64,000 nucleotides of DNA from Gemmatimonadaceae bacterium. Lineage in GTDB: Bacteria > Gemmatimonadota > Gemmatimonadetes > Gemmatimonadales > Gemmatimonadaceae. Below, one piece after another: positions 50,239 to 59,020 of this stretch. A model generated the notes under the pieces. It had not been told where the DNA came from and did no database searches. It was given only the letters and a program-made list of their open reading frames with translations. The position numbers and the translations under genes are program-made. Numbering within the stretch: the stretch's first letter is position 1; each line of letters opens with the position of its first letter. The DNA lies in contig JBDTIV010000017.1 in the NCBI GenBank assembly GCA_039936175.1, positions 4,058-68,057 on the forward strand, given 5' to 3'.

Positions 50239-51906
50239 ATGGCTCAGCTAGACCGATTTCTCAACATACTCGTGTCCAACAACGCCTCGGCATTGAATCT
50301 CTCCGAAGGCGAGGTTGCGACCGTGATGATAAAGGACTCACCTCGGCCCGTGATGAAGCAGGCGCTTACGAGCGGCCAGATTCTCACACTCGTGCGTGAG
50401 ATCTCGCCCACCGACGCACCACACGCGCTCGACCTCAATGGGACGGTGCGATTCGAATACTCGTCCACCGATGGCAACTTCGAAGTTACGCTCACGCAAA
50501 ACGGAAAGATCTCCGCGCGCATTGAGCCGAGGGCGAGGGTTGCTGCCGGTGTCAGCTCCACGGCGGCGCGTCCCGAAATGGCTCCCACTTCCCCGCCGGC
50601 CGAACCGCCACGGGCACCAGAGGCGAAGCTCGTAACGCCGAAAGTGGAACAAGCCCCAATACCGGTTGCGCAGTCGGAAGTGACGCGCGCAGCACCAGGT
50701 GTCGCCGTCGGGCAGGATCGCGCACTCGAACGGATTGAAGCGCTGTTGAGGAAGCTCGTTGGCAACAAAGCGTCTGACCTGCATTTGCGCGCCGGTTCGC
50801 CGCCGCTGCTTCGTGCGAGCGGCGAAATTGAGCCCATAGGCGGCGAACCTGCTCTCAGCTCCGAGGACATCGACACGATGTTGGCCTCGCTGATGCTCGA
50901 GCAGAACCGCCTCGAGTTCAAAGAGATCAACGACACCGACTTCGCTCACGAAATCGTCGGGCTCGCACGATTCCGCGGCAACGCACTGCGCGATCGCAAA
51001 GGCACGGGTGCCGTGTTCCGGGCTATTCCGGCGGCGGTTGTCACCGTCGAGCAGATGGGACTCTCGCAGGAAGTCCAGCGTCTTTGTCACCTGACCAAGG
51101 GTTTGGTGCTCGTCACGGGCCCAACCGGCTCGGGCAAATCGACGACACTGTGCGCCCTGATCGACCTGATCAACCGCACTCGCTCCGATCACGTCATTAC
51201 CATCGAAGATCCGATCGAGTTCGTTCACGAAAGCAAGAAGTGTCTGATCACTCAACGGCACGTCGGCGTCCACACGTCGTCGTTCAAGCACGCGCTCAGA
51301 GCAGCGCTGCGCGAGGATCCCGACATCGTGCTCGTCGGTGAGCTACGCGATCTCGAGACGGTTTCCATGGCGATCGAGACGGCGGAGACTGGCCACCTTG
51401 TGTTCGGTACGGTGCATACTTCGACAGCTGTCAGCACTGTCGACCGCGTCATCGATCAGTTCCCACCGGACAGGCAGGCGCAGATTCGAGTGATGCTCTC
51501 GGAATCGCTCAAGGGCGTAATCTCGCAGGTGCTCTGCAAGAAGATCGGCGGCGGTCGGGTTGCCGCGCGTGAGATCATGCTCTCGACGCCGTCGGTGTCG
51601 AACCTGATTCGCGAAGGCAAGACGTTCCAGCTGCCGTCGGTGCTTCAGACTTCGCGGCGACTGGGCATGGTGACCATGAACGATGCGCTGATCGACCTCG
51701 TCGACCAGGGCCAGGTCGAGCCCCGGGAAGCCTACCTCAAGGCGACGGACAAGGTCGGCATCATCAACCTCCTCAAGCAGCGCGGCAAGGATGTCAGCTT
51801 CGCGGATACCGACGAGGTGAAGGCAGCCAACGCGGCTAAGGAAGCGGACGGCCCGGCAAAGCCGGCCGGCAAGGCCGCGCCCGGACGCACGGCACCGAGC
51901 AGATAG
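50239..51906 (+). CDS. pilT: PilT/PilU-family retraction ATPase with an extra N-terminal domain
   Basis: ASDLHL, GPTGSGKST, TIEDPIE, LREDPDIVLVGELRD, TGHLVFGTVH, SVSNLIRE. Confidence 0.9.
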   Translation: MAQLDRFLNILVSNNASALNLSEGEVATVMIKDSPRPVMKQALTSGQILTLVREISPTDAPHALDLNGTVRFEYSSTDGNFEVTLTQNGKISARIEPRARVAAGVSSTAARPEMAPTSPPAEPPRAPEAKLVTPKVEQAPIPVAQSEVTRAAPGVAVGQDRALERIEALLRKLVGNKASDLHLRAGSPPLLRASGEIEPIGGEPALSSEDIDTMLASLMLEQNRLEFKEINDTDFAHEIVGLARFRGNALRDRKGTGAVFRAIPAAVVTVEQMGLSQEVQRLCHLTKGLVLVTGPTGSGKSTTLCALIDLINRTRSDHVITIEDPIEFVHESKKCLITQRHVGVHTSSFKHALRAALREDPDIVLVGELRDLETVSMAIETAETGHLVFGTVHTSTAVSTVDRVIDQFPPDRQAQIRVMLSESLKGVISQVLCKKIGGGRVAAREIMLSTPSVSNLIREGKTFQLPSVLQTSRRLGMVTMNDALIDLVDQGQVEPREAYLKATDKVGIINLLKQRGKDVSFADTDEVKAANAAKEADGPAKPAGKAAPGRTAPSR

Positions 51907-51926
51907 GGAACTTCGTTCCGGACGCA

Positions 51927-51959
51927 GAAACGCCCTCCTGTCGGAGGGCGTTTCGTTTT
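51927..51959 (+). terminator. intrinsic terminator between convergent pilT and MFS genes
   Basis: GAAACGCCCTCC-TGTC-GGAGGGCGTTTC followed by GTTTT. Confidence 0.75.
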
Positions 51960-51981
51960 GCTAACCGTTCTACGGCGAGCC

Positions 51982-53601
51982 TCACTCCATAATGTGCTGC
52001 GTACCCGCGACCCCACGTGTGTGCCGCACGAGCAGCAGCAGCGGAATGAGCGCCAGAATGAGAGCGGCGGCGAGAACGTAGATCCGACTGTAGGCGATGA
52101 CGCTCGCCTGCCCCATGAGCTCGCCATCGAGGATGCTAAGCGCACGCTGTCGCGCTGTCCATGCGTCGGCTCCGCGGGCGATCATGGCGCGCGTGAGCAT
52201 ATCGAGGCGGCTCAACGTCACCGGATCACCGCCCGCGAGATGCTCCGCAAGAATGGCCCGGAACTGCGCGGTGTAGTGGGACAGCAGCGTAGCTATCGCC
52301 GCGATGCCGAGCGATCCGCCGAGCTGTCTGAAGAAGTTGTAGAGGCCCGTTCCCTGCGGCAGCTCGCGAACGTCGAGCTCGGCCAGCGTGATCGTGGTGA
52401 GCGGAACGAACATCATTCCCAGCCCCCAGCCCCGCAAAATGAGCGACCAGAAGAAATCGGTGCTCCCGCTCTGACCAGTTATGTGGGAGAGTCGGATCAT
52501 CGCCGTCGCAAACATGAGCGCGCCGATCGTTATCAGAATTCGCGGATCGAATTTATTGGTCATCCTCCCGACCACCGCCATGGATACCGCCGTCGCCAAT
52601 GCGCCAGGAAGCAGCACGATGCCCGTCTGCTGAGCGGTCATTCTCAGATTCCCCTGCAGAAACACCGGCAGCGTGAACACCGACGCAAACAATCCGACCC
52701 CCATCACCACGCCGAGCAGCGTACCGACCCACATTTGCCGGTGCCGAAGGACGCGAAAATCGATGACGGGATTGTCGGTGGTCATTTCTCGCCACACCAA
52801 CACGATGCCGGCGACCACTGCCGTCACGGCGAGGAAAAGCATCAAGCGGGAATCAAACCAATCCTCGCGCTGGCCGTTCTCGAGCAGGTACTGAAGGGAG
52901 CCAACGCTTGCCGCGAGCAGCGCGATTCCCATGTAGTCGATGGAAGCCGGCCGCTTCTGATATTCGGGGTCGTGCACGTATCCCGTGATCATGATGGCGG
53001 CGAGAATTCCGACGGGGATATTGACGTAGAAGATCCACGGCCAGCCGTAGTTGTCCGTCAGCCAGCCTCCCAGGGTCGGACCGATCGTGGGGCCAACCAT
53101 GACGCCGAGTCCGAACAGAGCCATCGCCGTACCGGCTTCCTTTCTCGGGAAGGATTCGAACAGCACGGCCTGCGACACAGTCATCAGCGCGCCACCGCCG
53201 AGGCCCTGGATGATTCTCCAGAACACGAGTGCCGACAGCGAATGTGAGGCGCCACACAGGAAGCTGGACACCGTAAAAATGACGATCGAGCCGACGAAGT
53301 AGCGCTTTCGTCCGAAGACGTCACCGAGCCATCCGGTGAGGGGAATGATTATGACGCTGGCGAGGATATAGCCCGTCGATACCCACGCAATCTCGTCGAG
53401 GCTGGCGCCGAGGTTCCCCATCATGTCGGGGAGGGCGACGTTGACGATCGAGCTGTCGATCACCTGCATGAGCGCCGCGAGGACCACGGCAAATGCGATG
53501 AGGTACTTGTGCTCGGCGCCTTCCGGCGACGCGGCGATCGGCTCGGTCAGCGGCTCGTCGTCGTCCTCCGGGCGTCCATCGATTGTGCGCGCAACTGTCA
53601 T
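51982..53601 (-). CDS. DHA2 (EmrB/QacA) family MFS efflux transporter
   Basis: IDSSIVNVALP, WVSTGY, FGRKRYF, RIIQGLGGG, GPTLGGWLTD, WPWIFYVNIP. Confidence 0.93.
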   Translation of the reverse strand: MTVARTIDGRPEDDDEPLTEPIAASPEGAEHKYLIAFAVVLAALMQVIDSSIVNVALPDMMGNLGASLDEIAWVSTGYILASVIIIPLTGWLGDVFGRKRYFVGSIVIFTVSSFLCGASHSLSALVFWRIIQGLGGGALMTVSQAVLFESFPRKEAGTAMALFGLGVMVGPTIGPTLGGWLTDNYGWPWIFYVNIPVGILAAIMITGYVHDPEYQKRPASIDYMGIALLAASVGSLQYLLENGQREDWFDSRLMLFLAVTAVVAGIVLVWREMTTDNPVIDFRVLRHRQMWVGTLLGVVMGVGLFASVFTLPVFLQGNLRMTAQQTGIVLLPGALATAVSMAVVGRMTNKFDPRILITIGALMFATAMIRLSHITGQSGSTDFFWSLILRGWGLGMMFVPLTTITLAELDVRELPQGTGLYNFFRQLGGSLGIAAIATLLSHYTAQFRAILAEHLAGGDPVTLSRLDMLTRAMIARGADAWTARQRALSILDGELMGQASVIAYSRIYVLAAALILALIPLLLLVRHTRGVAGTQHIME

Positions 53602-53696
53602 CGGAGGGACCGTCGCGGAGGACAGACGGGTTGGGCCGAGACTAACGGGATATCGACGATTCGGTGGGACCTGCGTTCAAACTGAGTCAGCGGCAT
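53598..53696 (-). CDS. putative 32-aa leader ORF coupled to the MFS gene
   Basis: MPLTQFERRSHRIVDIPLVSAQPVCPPRRSLR; its TGA overlaps the MFS ATG (ATGA). Confidence 0.25.
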   Translation of the reverse strand: MPLTQFERRSHRIVDIPLVSAQPVCPPRRSLR

Positions 53697-53704
53697 GAGG
53701 TGTC

Positions 53705-53722
53705 GTGAGTAATGATAGTCAC
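53705..53722. promoter_or_regulatory. imperfect palindrome, possible TetR-type operator upstream of the efflux gene
   Basis: GTGAGTAATGATAGTCAC (GTGA.TA....TA.TCAC). Confidence 0.3.
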
Positions 53723-53751
53723 CCCATGCAACCCCTATCCCACAAATCAGG

Positions 53752-53976
53752 TCAGGGTTTTTCCGATGAATCGATTCCGTACTGGCGCGCCGAAGCGCTG
53801 TCCGCGGTTCGGAGCGCGTGCTTGACCGCTTTCGCGCCCGGGATCGTGGATTGGGCGAGGATGCTGTCCTTCTGGCGCTGCGTCAGCACGGGCTTTGTTT
53901 CTGGCTCATCCTTGCCGCAAGCGACCGCAGACGCCGCGAACAGTGCAAGGGCGAACGTCAATTTTCTCGACGACAC
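53752..53976 (-). CDS. small lipoprotein (74 aa)
   Basis: Lipobox SAVAC after a hydrophobic stretch; GAGG upstream of the GTG. Confidence 0.65.
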   Translation of the reverse strand: MSSRKLTFALALFAASAVACGKDEPETKPVLTQRQKDSILAQSTIPGAKAVKHALRTADSASARQYGIDSSEKP

Positions 53977-53989
53977 GAATTCCTCGTTC

Positions 53990-54292
53990 TCAGGTAGGTG
54001 TGTTGCTCGACAACTGCCGATGAGCCGGTTTTGGAAGCCGCTGACTGTTCTCGCTCAGCAGCTTTGTGGTGAACCGCTGGCCCTCGGAGATTCGCTCGAC
54101 CTCGAACGCGATGGCATCGACGCTCTGCTCGATGCGCGCGAGTCTCGCATCGCTGAGCGGAGTGACTGACTCACTCTCCAGTCGCGCCTCTTCTTTCTTG
54201 TGCGCGACAACGGCCCAGGCGATGGCCTTAATCGAATAGGCCACCGAGCCGAACAGCGAGAGCGTGATGATGACTTTTGCCGGATCGTCCAT
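53990..54292 (-). CDS. small membrane-anchored coiled-coil hypothetical protein
   Basis: N-terminal TM, then RLARIEQSVDAIAFEVERISEGQRFTTKLL; AGGGG upstream of the ATG. Confidence 0.7.
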   Translation of the reverse strand: MDDPAKVIITLSLFGSVAYSIKAIAWAVVAHKKEEARLESESVTPLSDARLARIEQSVDAIAFEVERISEGQRFTTKLLSENSQRLPKPAHRQLSSNTPT

Positions 54293-54349
54293 ATCCCCTT
54301 CGGTTGTGCGTCAGCGTCGCACTACGTAGACGTGCCAATGATAGTTACG

Positions 54350-54384
54350 GCGGTCGAATCACCGTGGGCTGGGGATTCGACCGC
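54350..54384. terminator. stem-loop after the nucleoside-permease gene
   Basis: GCGGTCGAATC-N13-GATTCGACCGC (11-bp perfect stem). Confidence 0.5.
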
Positions 54385-54391
54385 GCTCTCA

Positions 54392-55663
54392 CTAGACGGT
54401 AACGCCTGCCCCTGCGACTTCCGCCGCCGACGCGTTCCCGCCCCTCGGCTTGAAGAGCAAAGCGAACAAAATGAAAACGATGAGCGCGCCCACAGATGGG
54501 ACGAGCCAGATCGCATGCCAGTCGTGCGTGACCGTCAGGCACTGGTGTGCGGCAGCCGCCGCATCGGTACAAGCTGGATTGGTCGTCGCGTACCTGTCCA
54601 CAACGGCGCCCGAGGCGAACGCGCCGATGAAGTAGCCAAGTCCGTTGGTGACGAAGTTGATGAGGCCCTGCGCTGCGGCGCGGATTTTCTCACCCGCCCG
54701 CTGGTCGGTATAGATCTGCCCGCTGACGAAAAAGAAATCGTAGCAAACGCCGTGGAGAAGAATCCCGACGTAGAGGAGCCACATCACCGGACCGGCTGCA
54801 CCCATGCCGAACGCGAGATACCTGAGCGCCCAAGCCGCCATGCCCACCAGCATGATGACCTTGATTCCAAGTCTCCGGAGCGCAAGCGGCAGCAACAGCA
54901 TGAAGCCGATCTCCGACCACTGCCCGAACGTCTGGATAAATGCCGGATCGGGCGCGCCCACCTCATTCAGGAACGGGTTGGCGAAAGTGTAATAGAACTG
55001 AAGCGGGATGCAGAGGAGGAACGACCCCGCGATGAAGATGAAGAAGTCACGGTTCTTGAGGAGAGCCAGGGCGTCGAGTCCCAGCGCATCGTGAACGCTG
55101 AATGCCGTGCCCGCCGCCTTTGGCGGAGTGTGGGGCAGTGCCAGCGAGTACGCCGCCATCACAATTGATGCTCCAGCCGCGAGGCGCATGGGGAGAACCA
55201 GCGCGTCGGCGTGAAACACCTTCCCCACCAGCGTTCCGGCGACGATCCATCCGATCGTTCCAAGAACGCGGATGAACGGAAAATCCGCGGCAGGATCGCG
55301 GACGTGATGAAAGGAGATCGAGTTCGTGAGCGACAGCGTCGGCATGTAGCACAGCGCGTACAGAATCAGCAGCGGATAGAACGTCGCGAACGTCGTCTGA
55401 AGAGACACGAGATACATCACGATGCCGCCGAGCAGGTGCAGCACCGCGAGGAGCTTTTCGCTCGAGAAGTAGCGGTCAGCGATGACGCCCATGAAAAATG
55501 GGGATACGAGTGCCGCGATCGCCGTCGCACCGTAAGCAAGACCGATCTCTCTGCCAGTGAAATGGAGCGTCTGACCGAGGTAAGTGCCCATCGTGACGAA
55601 CCAGACCCCCCAAATGAAATACTGGAGGAACATCATCGTGGAAAGGCGTGACCTGACGTTCAC
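54392..55663 (-). CDS. NupG/XapB-like MFS H+ symporter
   Basis: [51 protein letters not shown]. Confidence 0.9.
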   Translation of the reverse strand: MNVRSRLSTMMFLQYFIWGVWFVTMGTYLGQTLHFTGREIGLAYGATAIAALVSPFFMGVIADRYFSSEKLLAVLHLLGGIVMYLVSLQTTFATFYPLLILYALCYMPTLSLTNSISFHHVRDPAADFPFIRVLGTIGWIVAGTLVGKVFHADALVLPMRLAAGASIVMAAYSLALPHTPPKAAGTAFSVHDALGLDALALLKNRDFFIFIAGSFLLCIPLQFYYTFANPFLNEVGAPDPAFIQTFGQWSEIGFMLLLPLALRRLGIKVIMLVGMAAWALRYLAFGMGAAGPVMWLLYVGILLHGVCYDFFFVSGQIYTDQRAGEKIRAAAQGLINFVTNGLGYFIGAFASGAVVDRYATTNPACTDAAAAAHQCLTVTHDWHAIWLVPSVGALIVFILFALLFKPRGGNASAAEVAGAGVTV

Positions 55664-56433
55664 GGAAGCACCTTGATCCGAATGTTGCGGATTGAGAGAG
55701 CTCCGTCGTGGTCACCCTGGATCCCGATGAAGCCGCGCGTCGCGCGACCGTAGTTCGGGTACGCCACGAACTTGCTCGCCTTCACCTTCGCCACCCAGTC
55801 GGGGCTGCCCAACTCGTACTCGAGCAGCTTCTGCCCGTTGAGCCAGTGCTGGACGTGATTGCCATTTACGACGAGCAGGCTCGAGTTCCACTGATCGTAG
55901 GGCTTTACGACTCCGGCCGGCGAAGGATAGAGCGCGTAGTCGGCGCCCGCGGATGTGAGCCTGCTCTGTCCGTCCGGGTGATTGGCGTCATCGAGGAGCT
56001 GGTACTCCGGGGCGCTCCAGTAGATGTGGTCGTACTCCTCAGTGCCGCGGTAGAAGACGCCCGCGTTTCCGCCTTTGGCGAGCTTCCAGTCGAACGCGAG
56101 CTCGAAGTTTCCGAACTGATCCTTCGTGATCAGGTCTTCCACCGAGCCGGACTTGGTAAGAACGCCATCCACGATCGACCAGCCCGAAGGGAAACCCTGC
56201 TGCTTATATCCGCGCCACGCCGCCGTGCTCGTGCCGTCGAAAAGCGATCGCCAGCCGGCCGCCTTCTGCTCGGCGGTCAATGGAGTCGCGCCCGACGCCG
56301 TGACAGTCGCCGGGACGCTATTCCCCACCGCCGCGCAACCCACGGCAACCAGTGCCAGCTGGGAGATTATCGCGGCGCGCGCCGCTGCTGAGATTGAAGC
56401 CCACGCGTACAGCTTTGAGGAGCCGCGTATCAT
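55660..56433 (-). CDS. DUF1080 (3-keto-disaccharide hydrolase-like) lipoprotein
   Basis: Lipobox-like AVGC; [50 protein letters not shown]. Confidence 0.9.
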   Translation of the reverse strand: MIRGSSKLYAWASISAAARAAIISQLALVAVGCAAVGNSVPATVTASGATPLTAEQKAAGWRSLFDGTSTAAWRGYKQQGFPSGWSIVDGVLTKSGSVEDLITKDQFGNFELAFDWKLAKGGNAGVFYRGTEEYDHIYWSAPEYQLLDDANHPDGQSRLTSAGADYALYPSPAGVVKPYDQWNSSLLVVNGNHVQHWLNGQKLLEYELGSPDWVAKVKASKFVAYPNYGRATRGFIGIQGDHDGALSIRNIRIKVLP

Positions 56434-56454
56434 TGATTCCCCTGAGAGAATTGG

Positions 56455-58011
56455 TCAGATTGCCCAGCCTGCGCGATAGTCTCGCGTCAGGTATTGATTG
56501 GCATCGGGGATGTTGGTGACCTCCATCCGCTCGCCGTCGTACAAGATCTTTCTGCCCTGCCCCGTGCGAAGCGCGACGATCCCGAGCAGCATCGTCTCCG
56601 TGAGCTGCGCGGCGTATTCGATCGGAGAGCTGGCCTTCGTCTCCCCCTTGATCGCTTTCACCCAGTTCATCTCGTGGCTCCAGGGAATCCGCGCGTACGT
56701 CTTCGGAACGAGCGCGGCCACTTCCGTGAGTGACACCGGAAAGAGCCGCGGATTCGAACCGTAGGTGTCGTTCATCAGAATTCCCTTCTCGCCGATGAAG
56801 ATCACGCCGCCCTCGCTCTTGAGCGTCACATCGTCGGGCAAAACGTCCGGCCGGGGCGGATACAAGCCGCCGTCGTACCAATTCAGCTTGACGGGCGGCT
56901 GCGCGCCGCGCGCGGGGAACTGATAGTGCACCGCAGTGGCGACCGGATAGGAGACCGGCCTGTTGTACCCACGAGCTTCACGGCTCCCAGGCGCCGCCCT
57001 GGGATCCGGGGGAATCGGCATCGTTCCCCACTGTGTCGACGTCGCCTCGATGCTCGTTGGATAAGTGAGGCCGAGCGCCCAGTACGGGTGGTCGATCAGG
57101 TGCGCGCCCATGTCGCCAAGCGCGCCGACGCCGAAGTGAATCCACCCGCGCCAGTTGAACGGATGATAGATCGGGTGATAGGGAACGTCTTCCGCGATGG
57201 GGCCTAGATAGAGATCCCAGTGCAGTCCCGGCGGAACAGGATACGAACCCATCGCCGACGCGAGCAGCTGGTTGACGTAGCGAAAGCTGTACGGATTCCC
57301 GAACGGGCTCGGCGGTGCTGGCGGAGCAGGTTCTCCGGTTGGGCGTGGCACTCCCTGCGGCCAGTAGACGACCGGACGGTTGGTCCACACGTGCACCTCA
57401 TGCACGGGGCCAATGACGCCGGCTTGAATCCACTCATTGACGAGACGCGCACCTTCGCTCGAGTGGCCCTGATTCCCCATCTGCGTCACGATCTTCGGGT
57501 TCGCGAGCGCCATTTCGCGGAGCATGCGCGCCTCGTGCACCGAGTACGTGAGGGGCTTCTGCACATAAACGTGCTTGCCAGCCTGCATGGCCGCCTTGGC
57601 AGCGGCGGCGTGGACGTGATCGGGTGTGGCGATGACAATGCCGTCGATGTCCTTCTGCTTGTCCAGCATCTCGCGGAAATCGGAATACCGCGCGGCCTTG
57701 TCGAACTTCTGCTTGAGGGTGATGCCCTCGGGTCTGTCTTTCTTTTGATCGTCCTTGAGCTTCTCAGCTACCTGCTTCTCGGAAAATCCGAAATCGACGT
57801 CCGCGAACGCGACCAGATTTTCGGTCTTCGCTAGCTCCAGTGCGTTCTCCGAGCCCATCCCGCCGAATCCGATCACCGCGAAATTGATCGTGTCGCTCGG
57901 GGCCTGAAATCCGACCCCACCCAACACGTGCCGCGGCACGATCATTACGCCGAGTCCAATTTTCCCGGCATCGGCGACGAAATCGCGCCGTGTTATTTTC
58001 TTCCCGCTCAT
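56455..58011 (-). CDS. Tat-exported Gfo/Idh/MocA oxidoreductase
   Basis: TRRDFV Tat motif; [34 protein letters not shown]. Confidence 0.92.
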   Translation of the reverse strand: MSGKKITRRDFVADAGKIGLGVMIVPRHVLGGVGFQAPSDTINFAVIGFGGMGSENALELAKTENLVAFADVDFGFSEKQVAEKLKDDQKKDRPEGITLKQKFDKAARYSDFREMLDKQKDIDGIVIATPDHVHAAAAKAAMQAGKHVYVQKPLTYSVHEARMLREMALANPKIVTQMGNQGHSSEGARLVNEWIQAGVIGPVHEVHVWTNRPVVYWPQGVPRPTGEPAPPAPPSPFGNPYSFRYVNQLLASAMGSYPVPPGLHWDLYLGPIAEDVPYHPIYHPFNWRGWIHFGVGALGDMGAHLIDHPYWALGLTYPTSIEATSTQWGTMPIPPDPRAAPGSREARGYNRPVSYPVATAVHYQFPARGAQPPVKLNWYDGGLYPPRPDVLPDDVTLKSEGGVIFIGEKGILMNDTYGSNPRLFPVSLTEVAALVPKTYARIPWSHEMNWVKAIKGETKASSPIEYAAQLTETMLLGIVALRTGQGRKILYDGERMEVTNIPDANQYLTRDYRAGWAI

Positions 58012-58014
58012 TTA

Positions 58015-58080
58015 GAAGGATCCATCAGTGAGAGTGATGAAACCGGTGAAGGATCCACCAGTGAGAGTGATGAAACCGGC
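58015..58080. repeat. tandem duplication of a 33-bp unit (2 copies, 2 mismatches)
   Basis: GAAGGATCCATCAGTGAGAGTGATGAAACCGGT followed by GAAGGATCCACCAGTGAGAGTGATGAAACCGGC. Confidence 0.9.
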
Positions 58081-58093
58081 GACGAGATGGCGA

Positions 58094-58945
58094 TCAGAAT
58101 CTCAGCGCATGCAGATAGTTGTAACTGTTGCGGAGCGTGGCGATCGGGTCAGCGGGTTGATCGTGCTCCACGAAGTAGTGCTTGAAGCCAGCCTTCCCAC
58201 TCTGTGCGAAGATGGTCTTGAAGTCGATCTTGCCTTGGCCGACATCGACCATCTTGTTGTCCGGAGGTCCAGCCGAGTCCTTCACGTGCGCGAGCTTGAA
58301 GCGATGCGGATGACGGTTGAAGAGATCGATTGGATCAGCGCCACCGAACACCACCCAATACAAGTCCATCTCGAAGTCGACCAGCTTGGGGTCCGTTCCA
58401 TTGAGCAGAGTTTCATACCCAATCGTCCCGTTCGCGGGAACGAACTCGAAGTTGTGATTGTGGTAAGCGAAGCGAAGGTCTGCCTCCTTGGCCTGCTTTC
58501 CCCACTTGTTGAACGAATCCGCGAAGCGCTTCCAGTCATCGGGCTTGCGCCGGTCTTCGGGGAGCCACGCGAGGGTGACCCATTCGTGCCCAATGGCCTT
58601 CGCATTGGCGAAAGTCTTCGCCGCATCCTTCTCGAGGAGGTCGAGGCCGACGTGAGTGGATGGAGATCTCAGCTTGTTGTCGCGCAACAGCTGCCGGACC
58701 TGGGCCGGCGTCCGGTCGAAGTAGCCGGCGAACTCGACCTCCTTATAGCCGATTCTTGCCACCTGTGCGAGCGTGCCGGGCATGTCGGCCTTCATGAGAT
58801 CGCGCACGGAGTATAGCTGCACTCCGATTCGCTCGAGCCTGCGGTGGGGTGCGAAGAGCGTGGTCGCCGCCTCGGCGTTGCGGGAGGCTGCAAATGCTGC
58901 GACTCCAAGTGTCGCGAGGAAGCTGCGTCGGGTCTGTGTTGTCAC
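58094..58945 (-). CDS. Tat-exported sugar phosphate isomerase/epimerase (xylose-isomerase-like TIM barrel)
   Basis: TRRSFL Tat motif; GVQLYSVR, YHNHNFEF, EMDLYW, HVKD, VGQGKIDF, VEHD. Confidence 0.9.
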   Translation of the reverse strand: MTTQTRRSFLATLGVAAFAASRNAEAATTLFAPHRRLERIGVQLYSVRDLMKADMPGTLAQVARIGYKEVEFAGYFDRTPAQVRQLLRDNKLRSPSTHVGLDLLEKDAAKTFANAKAIGHEWVTLAWLPEDRRKPDDWKRFADSFNKWGKQAKEADLRFAYHNHNFEFVPANGTIGYETLLNGTDPKLVDFEMDLYWVVFGGADPIDLFNRHPHRFKLAHVKDSAGPPDNKMVDVGQGKIDFKTIFAQSGKAGFKHYFVEHDQPADPIATLRNSYNYLHALRF

Positions 58946-58981
58946 GATGCAAGGGGTGAGGTTGCAGCTAGTATGGAGAGA

Positions 58982-59014
58982 CGGCGGCGCGTCCGCAATA
59001 AAGGCGCGCCGCCG
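58982..59014. terminator. GC-rich stem-loop after the TonB-dependent receptor
   Basis: CGGCGGCGCG-N13-CGCGCCGCCG; no U-tract. Confidence 0.4.
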
Positions 59015-59020
59015 GAGGTG

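Noticed and set aside
58015-58080. CRISPR array or hammerhead ribozyme interpretation of the 33-bp repeat
   Set aside because: Only two directly abutting copies, no spacers, no cas genes; the CUGAUGA/GAAA core geometry is absent.
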